A stretch of 56,211 nt of DNA, the filler included, from Squatina squatina (Eukaryota): the NCBI GenBank assembly GCA_031763465.1. It is 3 parts of 3 records of this genome, joined end to end, with 100 filler letters (N's around TTAATTAATTAA, not from the genome) between each part and the next. Parts side by side here need not be neighbours in the genome. Positions count along the whole stretch, not along the records: positions 1 to 13,741 come from JARFOE010000039.1; 2 more parts are not named here. One strand, given 5' to 3'. Under the pieces are notes generated by a model. That model was not told the DNA's origin. It was given only the letters and a program-made list of their open reading frames with translations, and made no database searches. A program made the position numbers and the translations under genes. Each line of letters starts with the position of its first letter. The first letter of the stretch is position 1. This document shows, piece by piece, positions 1 to 11,625 of this stretch.

Positions 1-55
1 AGACCATGTGAAGACCATGTAATGCAATCAGAAAGACATAAAAATGGCTGAAATG

Positions 56-316
56 TCCACAGCACTATTTTAAAGAAGAGTAGGGGAGTTCTCCCCGGTG
101 TCCTGGGCCAATATTTATCCCTCGACCAACATCATTAAAAAGCAGATTATTTGGTGATTATCACATTGCTGTTTGTGGGAGCTTGCTGTGTGCAAATTGG
201 CTGCCGCATCTCCGACATTACAGCAGTGACTATGCTTCAAAATACTTCAGTGGCTGTAAAGCGCTTTGGGATGTCCGATGGGATGAAAGGCGCGATTTAA
301 ATACAAGTCTTTCTTT
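56..316 (+). mobile_element. SacSINE1-like Deu-domain SINE, central/3' part
   Basis: GGGGAGTTCTCCCCGGTGTCCTGG...TATTTATCCCTC...GCTGTAAAGCGCTTTGGGATGTCC...ATACAAGTCTTTCTTT; closely similar copies at 8757, 28627 (-) and 41559 in this window. Confidence 0.85.
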
Positions 317-1590
317 AATTGTAATGCGAGGTTTGAATATTTGGGTATATTGTCTGATCAGCACTATTTTGTACCAAAAAACAGCCATGGGGACAAACAC
401 CCTGCTGTGTGTGATGAACCCTACTCGCTCTATTTATTTGGGACTCCCAATCTGCAAGGTCCTTGAACAACTTCATAACATGTGAGGAGTCATTTTTGTT
501 TTGCTAGTTGTTGTGTGTCCAGGGTAGGGAGCAGACATTCCCCATTCTGCACTGAGAGATTGTGAACTGGGCACAAGACAACTGAATGATGGAAACATGG
601 AGGCCTTCTGCTGTCTCGCTGGAGGGCAGAATGACCCCTGTTGTAAGTGGCATGTTGGTTTGAATTATCACCCCACCCCGCTGGCAGATAGGCTGCTGAA
701 TATGGAGGACTTGTCCTGCCTGAGAATGTCCAACTCCAATTGTCCTGTGGCTTTCAAAACCTCTAGGTGGCAATCTATCTGGCAAGATTAACTTCCAAGA
801 CATTCTGAATAAAAAAAAAATCCCCAGCAGAAACTGTGAGCAATCCTGTCAGACAAACCAACCCCTGTAGCAGATTGTAGTCTATCTGAAACATTCAGAA
901 CAGATTGCAATCCTGCTCTTGTGACAGCTAAACCGATGCACACAGCAGNNNNNNNNNNNNNNNNNNNNNNNNNNNNNNNNNNNNNNNNNNNNNNNNNNNN
1001 NNNNNNNNNNNNNNNNNNNNNNNNNNNNNNNNNNNNNNNNNNNNNNNNACCTAAATTAATTGCATGTCAGTCAGCCCGTTAAAATGGGCTCCGGGTCCTA
1101 ACCTTTACTAATTATCATGGTGAGAACCCTCACTGGGAAAGGAATGACAGCTCCATATGCTGAGAATATTTGATGACAGCCGACACCGTGGCCTTGTTTG
1201 TATAATTGCCTCTAAAAAAAGGAGCGTTAAATTATGTAGAGACGGAAACAACAAATGGCCAGTTTAACAGACGACTTTTCAAGATTACCATTTTCCTAAT
1301 GTTGTCATACCATGCATTTTTGAGGAAGGCTAGGCTAAACTCATTTTCTGGTTGTTGAGTTAATCTTAAATAAAAATGAGTCCTGTGTACCTAACTTCTA
1401 AAGCAGGACTTGATTCTAATTAAAATAAGGCTGTTCACTGCGATACAGAGTTGTGTAAGGTGGAAAACATATTTTATTCCATAAATAACTGAACTTTTAT
1501 TACTCGTGAATGAAAAAGGCAGAAATGGATTGCAAATATTTTGCACCAGTTTCTAATTAAGTTTTACAGTTCCGCATTGTGCAATATTAA

Positions 1591-1745
1591 ACATAAGAAC
1601 TTAGACACACAAGGATTAGGAGCAGGAGTCGGTCATTCAGCCCCTCGAGCCTGCTCCGCCATTCAATAACATCATGGCTGATCTTTGACCTCAGCTCCAC
1701 TTTCCCGGCTGATCCCCATATCTCTTGGTTCCCCTAGAGTCCAAG
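1591..1745 (-). mobile_element. CR1 LINE 3' end fragment
   Basis: CATAAGAA...TAGGAGCAGGAGTCGGTCATTCAGCCCCTCGAGCCTGCTCCGCCATTCAA; same family as 39723-39966 and 43455-43866. Confidence 0.75.
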
Positions 1746-2626
1746 GGCGGCCAATTCGTGGTCAAACATCGAGCGAGAAATCGGCGCAAAACTGGCGTTA
1801 GGCCACTTTTAGCACTGAAAGACGGGCGCAAAATTCAGGAGCTGTTTGCGCCGGTNNNNNNNNNNNNNNNNNNNNNNNNNNNNNNNNNNNNNNNNNNNNN
1901 NNNNNNNNNNNNNNNNNNNNNNNNNNNNNNNNNNNNNNNNNNNNNNNNNNNNNNNGGGCCTTCAAATTTACATTTTTAATTCTTTTTTGTATTTTGAAAT
2001 GTCATAATTTATTATTCACCGTTTGGGTTTCAATACATTGCTATTATTGTAGCCTAATTGGGTTGGGTTAACTAATGACAGGATAGTAGAGCCTTCTGTC
2101 TCATGAAGAGAGCGGGATCGCCCTGAGCCTTACGTCGCTTGGCTACTGCTTCATCAAAGCCCGTCATTAGGGCAGAATCGCACAACAAAAGCCCGGGTAT
2201 AAAACTATTAAAAGAAACATAAAGGCAGACTGCTGCTGGCCACGTGTACGAGTGCTTCCGTCGTGTCAAGCAAGGACAAACTGAAGTGAGAACCTTGGAG
2301 CCAGGTCTGAGGGAGCCTGGGCAACTTTCTTGTTGCCGCGGCGACAGGTGGCTTCACAGCGGTTGAACGGGAGCGGCCAGGAGGAGGCCCCCACCCGCCG
2401 ATAGTCCTGCCGCCCTTTGTGCAGCTGGTACTAGGGGCCGGGGCTTTCAGGAGGGCGCTACTATTTGCAAGGAGCATCTATAGGAGGCTGCCAGGTATAT
2501 GCCAGTATCTGCCAGCGGGGCCGCACAGAGTAAAGTTCGCCTTAAAGAAAATTTTTGTTCCGAATATTCACCCATGAAAACATGTAGACTTATCAAAATC
2601 TTAAAAATTTAATTAAAATTTCTGCG
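1746..2626. mobile_element. GC/CpG-rich non-autonomous DNA transposon (MITE-like) fragments, gap-interrupted
   Basis: Abrupt GC/CpG-rich patches starting GGGCGGCCAATTC, resembling other GGGC..GAA(A/T)TT termini in the window; ends not resolvable because of gaps. Confidence 0.35.
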
Positions 2627-2735
2627 NNNNNNNNNNNNNNNNNNNNNNNNNNNNNNNNNNNNNNNNNNNNNNNNNNNNNNNNNNNNNNNNNNNNNNNNNN
2701 NNNNNNNNNNNNNNNNNNNNNNNNNNCCGCATCTG

Positions 2736-2846
2736 AAACTGGAGTGTCAGCCTGAATTTTTGTGCTCAAGTCTCTAGAGTGGGACTTAAACCCACAACCT
2801 TCTGACTCAGAGCCAAGAGTGCTACCCACTGAGCTATGGCTGACAC
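2736..2846 (-). mobile_element. SacSINE1-like SINE, tRNA-derived 5' head
   Basis: Reverse complement GCCATAGCTCAGTGGGTAGCACTCTTGGCTCTGAGTCAGAAGGTTGTGGGTTTAAGTCCCACTCTAGAGACTTGAGCAC carries Pol III A/B-box-like motifs and overlaps the head of the 41559 copy. Confidence 0.85.
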
Positions 2847-3393
2847 GAGCACTACATGGCTTTGGGCCTGTTGTTAAGAAGCTCCCACTCTGAGCTCTGT
2901 CAACAGAAGTGGGCAGTAAAAGGAGGCGAATTCCCAGAAGGAGGAAGGGATGAATACATTTTCAGCGGGCACCATGGCCAGAGGGCAGGGGTCAGGTCAT
3001 GTCCTATCCTTTATCCCGGGGGGATGTTGTGGTGACTGGTGGGTGGTGGGGGGGAATGGAGTGGGGCAACAGGCCTCAAATAGTCCACTATTCCACACAC
3101 ACACCACTTCGATGGCAAAGTGAAAACTTGGCACAGGCCCGAATGACCAGTTCGCCAACGAGGAAAGGGTCAGCCGAGCTCATCCGGAAATAGGTTCAGG
3201 TTTTTGAATCTTTGCCCTTGAACCGTGTGAGTGTGGCTCAGATCAGATTCTGAGGCCAGATACTCGACGTGTTCAGCTCTGCTACCCTGATTCCCGTGCG
3301 GCGCGTGGATGACGAGAGGCACGAGCATTCTAATTGTATAACTGAACGGATACTGCTTTCAGTGCTTGCTTCAGCTGTGCCTCCTCTCTTTAG

Positions 3394-3428
3394 GCTACCT
3401 GAAGTGCGTTTTCCCCGTTGCTGTCTGA
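3394..3428 (+). CDS. Possible short terminal coding exon of an unidentified gene ((G)YLKCVFPVAV*)
   Basis: Pyrimidine tract TGTGCCTCCTCTCTTTAG| acceptor followed by a short frame to TGA; no protein recognised and no partner exon found. Confidence 0.2.
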
Positions 3429-3887
3429 CGCTGGGTATTATGGAGTGCTGAAATGAAGCCTGCAGGAATTGAGGCTACAGCTGGTGTTGTGCGGTACATC
3501 ATTAGGAAATGATGAGCCTCTATATTGAGATGACACATTAAGCAGAACATCATCTCTTCTGAGTGACAAGTTAAATGTGCTTGGCCGGTGCTTAACAAAC
3601 TATTTACATTTTTCCAATCTTTCATTTTCACAATAACTGTTTTTACAAACAAATTACATTATCTGTGCCAAAACGGAAGATTATACATGTACTTCAGCTA
3701 TGAGATCATAGGATGCGCTTTTCCAATTATTAATACGCTATGACTCATTAATGCTGCTGTCACCAAGGTCTTTGTTAATTGTACCTTNNNNNNNNNNNNN
3801 NNNNNNNNNNNNNNNNNNNNNNNNNNNNNNNNNNNNNNNNNNNNNNNNNNNNNNNNNNNNNNNNNNNNNNNNNNNNNNNNNNNNNNN

Positions 3888-4377
3888 AACGACCCGGGTT
3901 CCCAGTGGCCAAAATTGATTCGCACCCCATTGGGGCGCTTACGGGGCAGGAGCCGGCATTTCTCGCGCTGTCTCCAGCCCCATCCCGCCTGCCGCAGACT
4001 TCATTGCTCCGGGGCGTGAGCGAGCCGCAGCGCGCTCCCGGTTGCAACTGGGGCAGCTGGTCTGTTACGTCACCGGCGTGGCCTCAGCGCCATGCCTGCG
4101 ACGTCAGCTGCGCCACGTCAGCGCGGTTTCAGGCCTCCCTTAAAAGGGAGGGCCACCGGACGTCCTGACAGCGCCCCGTGGCCCGGCACTGGGCCACCGG
4201 GGACGCCGGCGACCGGCCCACCAGCCTGGCACGCCAGTCGACGTGCCATGCGAGGGGATGGTGGCCCAATCCAGCTGTGAGCCGCCATCATTCGGCCGAC
4301 AACAAAGCTGGCCAAAAAAAAGATGGCGGCCGCAGGTGCGATAGCCACCTCCTCTAAGAGGGCCATTGCAGCAGCAG
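3888..4377. mobile_element. GC-rich non-autonomous DNA transposon fragment
   Basis: CpG-dense block with several short overlapping Pro/Gly/Ala-rich spurious ORFs, flanked by a gap and a CR1 tail. Confidence 0.4.
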
Positions 4378-4426
4378 GTTCGAAGGGCCAAATGGCCCCC
4401 TCCAGCTCCTATTTCTTATGTTCTTA
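4378..4426 (+). mobile_element. CR1 3' tail
   Basis: TCGAAGGGCCAAATGGCC...CTCCTATTTCTTATGTTCTTA matches the tail at 43820-43866. Confidence 0.6.
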
Positions 4427-7238
4427 AAAGAATTTGATATTGCTTGAAATGATAACGTAATATAAAGCTGGACCATTTCAGTGTCTGCGTGTCTCCAAGG
4501 AAAAATAGCTGAGACTGCAATTCAGAGTCCAAGTCCTCCTTATTTCATACATTATGTGCAACATGACCTTGATCGCAAACTCGCCATGCATGTCAATAAA
4601 CTATATTACTTCAGTCCAACTCCATGTGATCAAGGTGTGCAGGGAGCCACAGTTTAACATATTTCCAGAACACTGCTTATCTCCAGCAGCCAGTACTTCC
4701 TTTAGATAACTAAGTAATCATTTGTCTTTATTGATTTACAAGGGGTTGGAATCACTGTTGTGGGTCAGAAATGAAATACTGGCACTGTAAGGACGATACT
4801 TTTTTGTTAAGACTAATGTATTTTTACAAAAAGGTGCCAGGTTTTGAGAAAACTACTTCAGAGACCTTTCGCAGCCAATATTAAGCATCATCAGTGTTTC
4901 GCCCTCGGACTGCAATCTACCAGCTGACCTTTCACCTATTAACCTACAAATGGTGTTCTGGAGGTGACCCTTGGGCAATCAAATAAACTAATCTAAGATT
5001 AAAGAAAGTTGGGCAGTGCAAGGTGTTCATGGTGTGTGCACATTACTGGCGTATGGAAAAGGCTAATTGGATTGTAATTAGAGCCCCAGTGATTAATTGA
5101 TGTCATTGCTGAATCTCATTGCCTTTGGAGAAAATAAATTGCATCAGTTCTCCTGCTGCAGAACACGAATGTAAATAAAGTTCAAAGGCACGTGCCAAGG
5201 TGCAGGCGTGTTGCGCTTAAGGTCAATGCTTGCACTTCCGTTGTGTTGGGGTGTTAAGCTGCAGCTATGGAACAGCTTGACAGTTTGGCATATGCGACTC
5301 TCATTGTTGCCACACATCAGCTCCGAACGTTCTGACTTTATCGCCTTTGTTGGATGTTCTTCAACTGTGGAGCCCGGATTAGAGGAATCCCTGGGTGATC
5401 ATTCTACTGTGGAGGTGGATTCATCGAGAAACAAACTCTGACAGCCAACAATNNNNNNNNNNNNNNNNNNNNNNNNNNNNNNNNNNNNNNNNNNNNNNNN
5501 NNNNNNNNNNNNNNNNNNNNNNNNNNNNNNNNNNNNNNNNNNNNNNNNNNNNAATGTGGGCGTTGCTGACAAAACAGGATCACCCAACCCGAATGGACAC
5601 AACTACATGACATTCTAGCCGCTACTTCAGAGAAAAAAAGACTTGCATTTGGTTAAGGAATGAGCGCTGTACACTGTTGATAGCTCTGTGCTCCTGCCAA
5701 GATGGTTTCTTCATCCCAGGCCTCTATGATGATAAAATGTTTATGTTAACAGCTCTTAGTCTACCAGAATAATGAAGTATCAGGGCTTCTTTCCTATACG
5801 AGCAGAACGGTAACGAGGATTTTTTTCCCCAAAAAATTGTTCCCTTGAGGGATGTCGATCAGTGCAGTTTGAAAAGCTGGAGTTAAAGTTGTGCGGGTAA
5901 ACTCCTGTAACAATTCTCAGGAGGATGGAGGTGAATGGAACCTGCAGCTTCTCAACTCTTGACACTTAATCCATGCATATACATCACCTTAAAGCTCCAC
6001 TGTCTCCTAATTGTTTCCTAGGTATCATTTAGGTAGCCAAACACATTACTACCATGGTAATAAAACAGTGTTAGTGGCTTTCTTTGATAACTGCTGACAT
6101 GAACACATGCTTTTTTGAGAATGGTAAAAGAGTGAGAATTATGTCCTTGTGGGGAAATCAGGAATATTTTATTAGGTCAGTAGCAGTATTTACCCATAGT
6201 TCCTCGCAACTCAAAATCATATGGCTAAAGTGCTGACTTGGCCACTTGCCAACCCAGAAGGCCATATGAGCACTTTGGCCGTAGGAATAATATATAAAGA
6301 TGTAAAGAAACAAATGTCTTCAGCATGGAGATTTAGTTATCAATCAGGCACCACACATGTCAAGTTAAAAGACCAGAATCTCTCACCATGGAGCTAGGAT
6401 GTGAGCTCACGCTTGCCAATTCCCACAGCCAGAGTTCATGATCTCAGATATCTCAATGTGGGGAGATACCAAGAAAAGACTAGACATTAACGCAGAATGA
6501 GTGGAGCGAAAAACAGAGATTTTCATCCTTAGCCTCACACCTCCTGGCAGTCATTTTCAAAGAAACATTGTTGGATGCTTATGAGTAGATGGTGCACAAC
6601 ATGATTGAGAAGCAATGGGCAAAGGAAAAATAAATAATGGAGTCTCAAAAATGCAGTCTATATTGTCAGATAACAGGGTTAAGTATGTTTTTGAGGTGCG
6701 TAACACCCAAAACGGAATTACTACTTTTAAGTCACTGCTAAGTATATGTTATTCTATCTGATAGGACAACAAAAGGATGTTTTACTTGTTTGGAGTTATA
6801 CAGCAAGGACTGATCACAAAAAAAGTGTAGTGAAAGTGACAGAGCCATAATGATGTCAGCAGATGAGCTAATTAATATCAGCTATTACTTTGGCAGACTA
6901 CAGGGGAATGTATTATACTGTTGATTAACCAACGGTTACTGCACAAAGCAATCCGTAACATGGATTATACACATCCTCTTCATTGATATCCTTTAGATCT
7001 CTCTTCATCTGGTCACTAGTGGCGAACATTCTTCACAGACTGATTAAAAACATGGCATCATCTTACAAAGTTAATGGGAAAATAAACTAAAGAATGAATG
7101 CAGTAACCCAGTAAAACTGTAGGATGCTGGAGCTCATGNNNNNNNNNNNNNNNNNNNNNNNNNNNNNNNNNNNNNNNNNNNNNNNNNNNNNNNNNNNNNN
7201 NNNNNNNNNNNNNNNNNNNNNNNNNNNNNNNNNNNNNN

Positions 7239-7505
7239 TTGCATTTATATGGTGCCTTTAACATAGTAAGATGTCTCAAGGGCAAGAGCATAATCAGGCA
7301 AAATAGACACCGAGACATTGAGTCAGGTGACCAGGGGATTGGTCACAGCGACAGGTTTTAAGGATCAACTTAAAGGAGGAGAGAGAGGTAAAGAGACGGA
7401 GAGGTTTAGGGAGGGAATTCCAGAGCGTAGGGCCCAGGCAATGGAAGGCACGGCCACCAATGGTGAGGCGAAGGAAATCGCAGATGCACAAGAGGCCGGA
7501 ATCAA
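7239..7505 (-). mobile_element. L2-clade LINE, ORF2 C-terminus and 3' tail
   Basis: Translation TIGGRAFHCLGPTLWNSLPKPLRLFTSLSSFKLILKT fits the L2 ORF2 terminal motif; tail ...AAAGGCACCATATAAATGCAA. Confidence 0.85.
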
Positions 7506-7650
7506 GTCACGAGACGATAAAAGTGCGTGAAGTGGCTTCAGCAGCAAGGAGGCGACATAATGGTAAAGAGGGACTAAGTTCTGAAGGTGGAAGAAGACAG
7601 CCTTGGTGGTGGATTGGATGGAGGGGGAAAGAGTTCACTGTCAAATAGTA

Positions 7651-7763
7651 TGACATTACAACAGTGACTCCACTTCACAGGTAATTCATTGGCTATACAG
7701 CGTTTTGGGATGTCTATGAGGCCGTGAAAGGCACTATATAAATGGCAAGTTCTTTATTCCTTT
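7651..7763 (+). mobile_element. SacSINE1-like SINE 3' tail
   Basis: CATTACAACAGTGACT...GCGTTTTGGGATGTC...GTGAAAGGCACTATATAAATG. Confidence 0.8.
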
Positions 7764-7899
7764 ACACCAAAGTTCCCCAGTTCTTTACTTGGCTGTTGGG
7801 GGCCAGCCGTGGTGGGAGTGGAGTGGAGAGGTGGGGTGGTGGAATTGATGGGAGTTGGAGCCTGAGGTGCTTATGTTTGTGAATAACGTGGATTTGAGA

Positions 7900-8050
7900 T
7901 AACCGAAGAGGATGGCAGTGATTTTGCAGTCATTTAACTGGAGAAAGTTATGACTCATCCATATTTTAAATGCTCGAGAGTAACTTAGAAAAGCTAAAGT
8001 GGCAATGGCCCTGGGTCAATAAAGGAGGGGGAGAGGTAAAGCTGAGTGCA
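7900..8050 (-). mobile_element. L2 LINE reverse transcriptase fragment
   Basis: Minus-strand TQLYLS (end of the YADDTQLY motif) and KIWMSHNFLQLNDCKITAILFG (WMxxNFLQLNxxKT motif); collinear with 7239-7505. Confidence 0.7.
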
Positions 8051-8264
8051 CCTAATACATTATTTACTAACAGGATATCAAAGAAATTAAGTTCTGGTGT
8101 CCTCCTTAAATTTGTATAATTTATATCTATGTTATGTTAAATAATTTAGAACTACCAAAACGTGTAGGGTAGGAAAAAATTATTTATGAGACTGTTTAAA
8201 CTTCTATGATTTAAAAAAAAATTATACTTCTAATCGAATATTGATATAATTTTCTCATTTGTTT

Positions 8265-8656
8265 AGGGTCCAGAACTGTGCTCTTTTTCAATATGAGTTG
8301 CAGTTATAGTCCCAAGTGTCCATTCCGCACCCATCATTGCTGATCAATATTGGTTCCCTGACCCTCATCCTTATCTTCATTAAATTTAAAACCCTCGCCC
8401 TTATCTTCGCATCTCTTCATGGCTTCTCCTCGCTCTATTTCGGCATACGTTTCTACACTTAATCCTCCTCCCACACCCTTCTGATGCCAACCATCCGTGC
8501 ATCCCTTCCTCCTTTGCCTTCCCATTGGTGGCAGCTCCTTCAGATGTCTCGGTCCTAATTTTCGGGACACCCTCCCCAAAACCGGCTGGCTTTCCACCTC
8601 TGGTTCCAGCTTTAAAAATCTACGCAAAACCCATTCTTTTAGCCAAGCGTTTTGGT
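8265..8656 (+). mobile_element. L2 LINE ORF2 C-terminal fragment, decayed
   Basis: VQNCA..., then PIGGSSFRCLGPNFRDTLPK...SSFKNLRKTHSFSQAF. Confidence 0.75.
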
Positions 8657-8756
8657 NNNNNNNNNNNNNNNNNNNNNNNNNNNNNNNNNNNNNNNNNNNN
8701 NNNNNNNNNNNNNNNNNNNNNNNNNNNNNNNNNNNNNNNNNNNNNNNNNNNNNNNN

Positions 8757-9012
8757 GTCTGCCCTCTCAGATCTAAAAGATCCTATGGTGCTATTTCGAA
8801 GAAGAGCAGGGGAGTTATCCCCCATGTCCTGGCCAATATTTATCCCTCAGTCAACATCACTAAAACAGATTATCTGGTCATTATCATATTGCTGTTTGTG
8901 GGAGCTTGCTGTGCACACATTGGTTGCCACGTTTCCTACATTACAACAGTGACTACACATTAAAAGTACTTCATTGGCTGTAAAGCGCTTTGGGATGTCC
9001 TGAGGTCATGAA
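8757..9012 (+). mobile_element. SacSINE1-like Deu-domain SINE, 5' end in gap
   Basis: High identity to the copies at 56-316 and 28627-28874. Confidence 0.9.
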
Positions 9013-10059
9013 ATTACTTCTTTTCTCTCTTTACATAATGGGACTGATTCCTTGATGCTGTGTTCCCAGGAAGTGCAATTGTGGGAATTTGAGAGCATGA
9101 AGGCCATGATTTTCTGCGCATTAAAATTAATAGGTCCTGGTAATCCAATTTGGGATCATTTCTGGCAGTGTAATTATGCTCACTGGAAGCTAGAACTGAG
9201 ATAGCCGTGACTGATTTGCAGTGGGGGAAAGTCATCTGACGTGACTGAAAGGGCAGTGCCTAAGCATATAAACTTAGAAACTGCCTTTGGTGATAGTCGC
9301 ATACACTTGACAATATGGCGATCGTTTGTCTTCTGTTTTAGTGGAAATATTAACCCTTTTAAAAGGAAGCAAATTAGCATCCGTGCCGACAAACAATTGT
9401 CAAACGGAATGTGCAAGGTGTTTTCTCACCAATATTCTCAGCAGTATTTTCCAGGCTCTGATTTTTTGATGTATTCTGCCGCTCGGTCCCCAATTAAACC
9501 CTTCAATCCCAAAGCACTCAATAAGCAGCAACTTAGCCTCCACTGGACAGTGGTCTGTGACCACGAGGGCACGAAACATGCACCTTCACCATAATTAATA
9601 TCCCAGTCATCTAGCGTGCAATAGATCATGTAAAAATAAAAGAAAGAAAAAAAAAATCAAGTTGTTGAAGTAAGTGAGTAAATTGAAACCTCCTCTCACA
9701 TTATTGAAAACGGTGTGACCTTTCATATCAGATTTCTTTACCTGGTGAGGTTGGTACCTTGCACCAGACTGAAAAATTCATACAGCTAATAGTGGAAAGC
9801 TAATTTTTCAATCTCCATAAACGTACCCAAGCAGTTTACCTTACTGAATAATTACACTGTTCCAGATGGTATTTTCCATCACTAATCTCTCAACAAACAA
9901 GAAATAAGAGTTCTTTTAATATTGGTATTACTCAATGACTGTAGGGAATACTGCACAATCTGCCTTAATTCGCCGTGAGAGGAGAAAACGAAGGGTACTT
10001 TTCTATGAGCTGCTTTTTTTAGCTTTCCTCCTCCCCTCAATAATCCTTTTTCCCATTCT

Positions 10060-10332
10060 CGTCGTTCACCTCTCAGGATGGACCGGTCACGTCGGTCGCA
10101 TGTCAGATACAAGACTCCCAAAACATGCACTTTATTCCGAACTCCGCCATGGGAAATGCCTCCGAGGAGGGCAGAGGAAAAGTTACAAGGACGTCCTCAA
10201 GGCCTCATTGAAGAAATGCAACATCCCCACCGACTCATGGGAATCCGTGGCCCAGGATCGCCCGCAATGGAGAAGAGCCATCCATGAAGGCACCAACCGT
10301 TTCGAGTCTCTCCGGCGGAAGCATGCTGAGGA
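10060..10332 (+). mobile_element. RTE-clade LINE ORF C-terminal fragment
   Basis: WTGHVGRMSDTRLPKHALYSELRHGKCLRGGQRKSYKDVLKASLKKCNIPTDSWESVAQDRPQWRRAI matches the RTE C-terminal signature. Confidence 0.85.
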
Positions 10333-11542
10333 NNNNNNNNNNNNNNNNNNNNNNNNNNNNNNNNNNNNNNNNNNNNNNNNNNNNNNNNNNNNNNNNNNNN
10401 NNNNNNNNNNNNNNNNNNNNNNNNNNNNNNNNTTTCAGACTGCAACTTCTTACATGGATTATCTGATACCGTGCCGAGACGTTCAACATCAGGTCTGAGC
10501 AAAGCTGGAAACCTGATGATTAATCTTGTGAATTCACACTTCCTATCCACCCAACCTATATTAAAGCCATCTGTTTAACCCTTTCAATACTGAAACGCCC
10601 TCATGTTGTATCTGTTGACTAATGAAAGATAAGTTTTTTTGTTACATATTGGCATTGGTAAACATTGTGTCGGAGTAGCACAGAAACTTATTCACAACCT
10701 CTGAGATGCCAAGTTGCATTTTTATTTTTATTGCAGTATCATAGACTGTAAAATAATATTGAAGTCAAGGCTTTGGCCTGCAGTGAAAAAGTTGACTGAG
10801 CGGTAATCAATGACTATATGAGTGTAATTTGTAATGATATTGGCTACTTTCAGTGGAACCCAGTAATTGTAATTGAATTCCCAATTATCTGTTTGCAGTT
10901 TAATTGGAATTGCCATGATTGTTTTCAATTAGGAGTTCCTGAAAAGCGGTTTTAATATTGAGGGGCCAACGGTTGAATTCCGGAGGCTGCCAGTTAACAT
11001 TAAGAAAATGCCAAACATCACACCTCCGGGTCAATTTTACAGAGTTCCCATAGTTAGCTTCATTATGGCAGGTGACTTTTATCTATCGAAAGTTTATGGG
11101 TATTATACTAATAGGTTATTGACCGTGGCAATGTCGTTCAACTAGTTCAACCGTAAGGAATCAGTAACTCTGCAGTAATGCGCTTAGAACTTGCATTTCT
11201 TTTAAGGGTGATTAAGATCTATCCGAACCATTATGGGGCTTAATTTCATCTAGTGTAGCACTGCTTGATGCATTTGCGCTCGATTTTAACACAGCCCGTT
11301 TTCAAATAAATGGCTTAAAAACGTCTGCACAAAGGATGTTCTGTAAATTGCATTACCAGAAGAGATTAAGTAAGTTCCCAATTGCCCCAATTGGGGCTGT
11401 GACCTCTCCGTGGCCGGATCGGTAAGGTGGGGGAATAAAAAGNNNNNNNNNNNNNNNNNNNNNNNNNNNNNNNNNNNNNNNNNNNNNNNNNNNNNNNNNN
11501 NNNNNNNNNNNNNNNNNNNNNNNNNNNNNNNNNNNNNNNNNN

Positions 11543-11625
11543 TTAGGCTGGATAGCTCTTTGTTGGCCAGCGCGGACACGATGGGCCGAATGGCTTCCTT
11601 TCGTGCTGTCAACTTTTATGATTCG
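11543..11625 (+). mobile_element. CR1 3' tail
   Basis: GGATAGCTCTT...CCAGCGCGGACACGATGGGCCGAATGGCTTCCTTTCGTGCTG; related to 12599-12790 and 48436-48553. Confidence 0.7.

Noticed and set aside
370-740. Very decayed RTE endonuclease fragment on the minus strand
   Set aside because: Only scattered residues resemble the motifs; cannot be supported without BLASTx.
2736-2846. tRNA gene
   Set aside because: It is the tRNA-derived head of a SINE and continues into SINE body sequence.
3888-4377. CpG-island promoter with YY1-like AAGATGGCGGC and ORFs
   Set aside because: No adjacent exon; composition and context fit a GC-rich transposon fragment.
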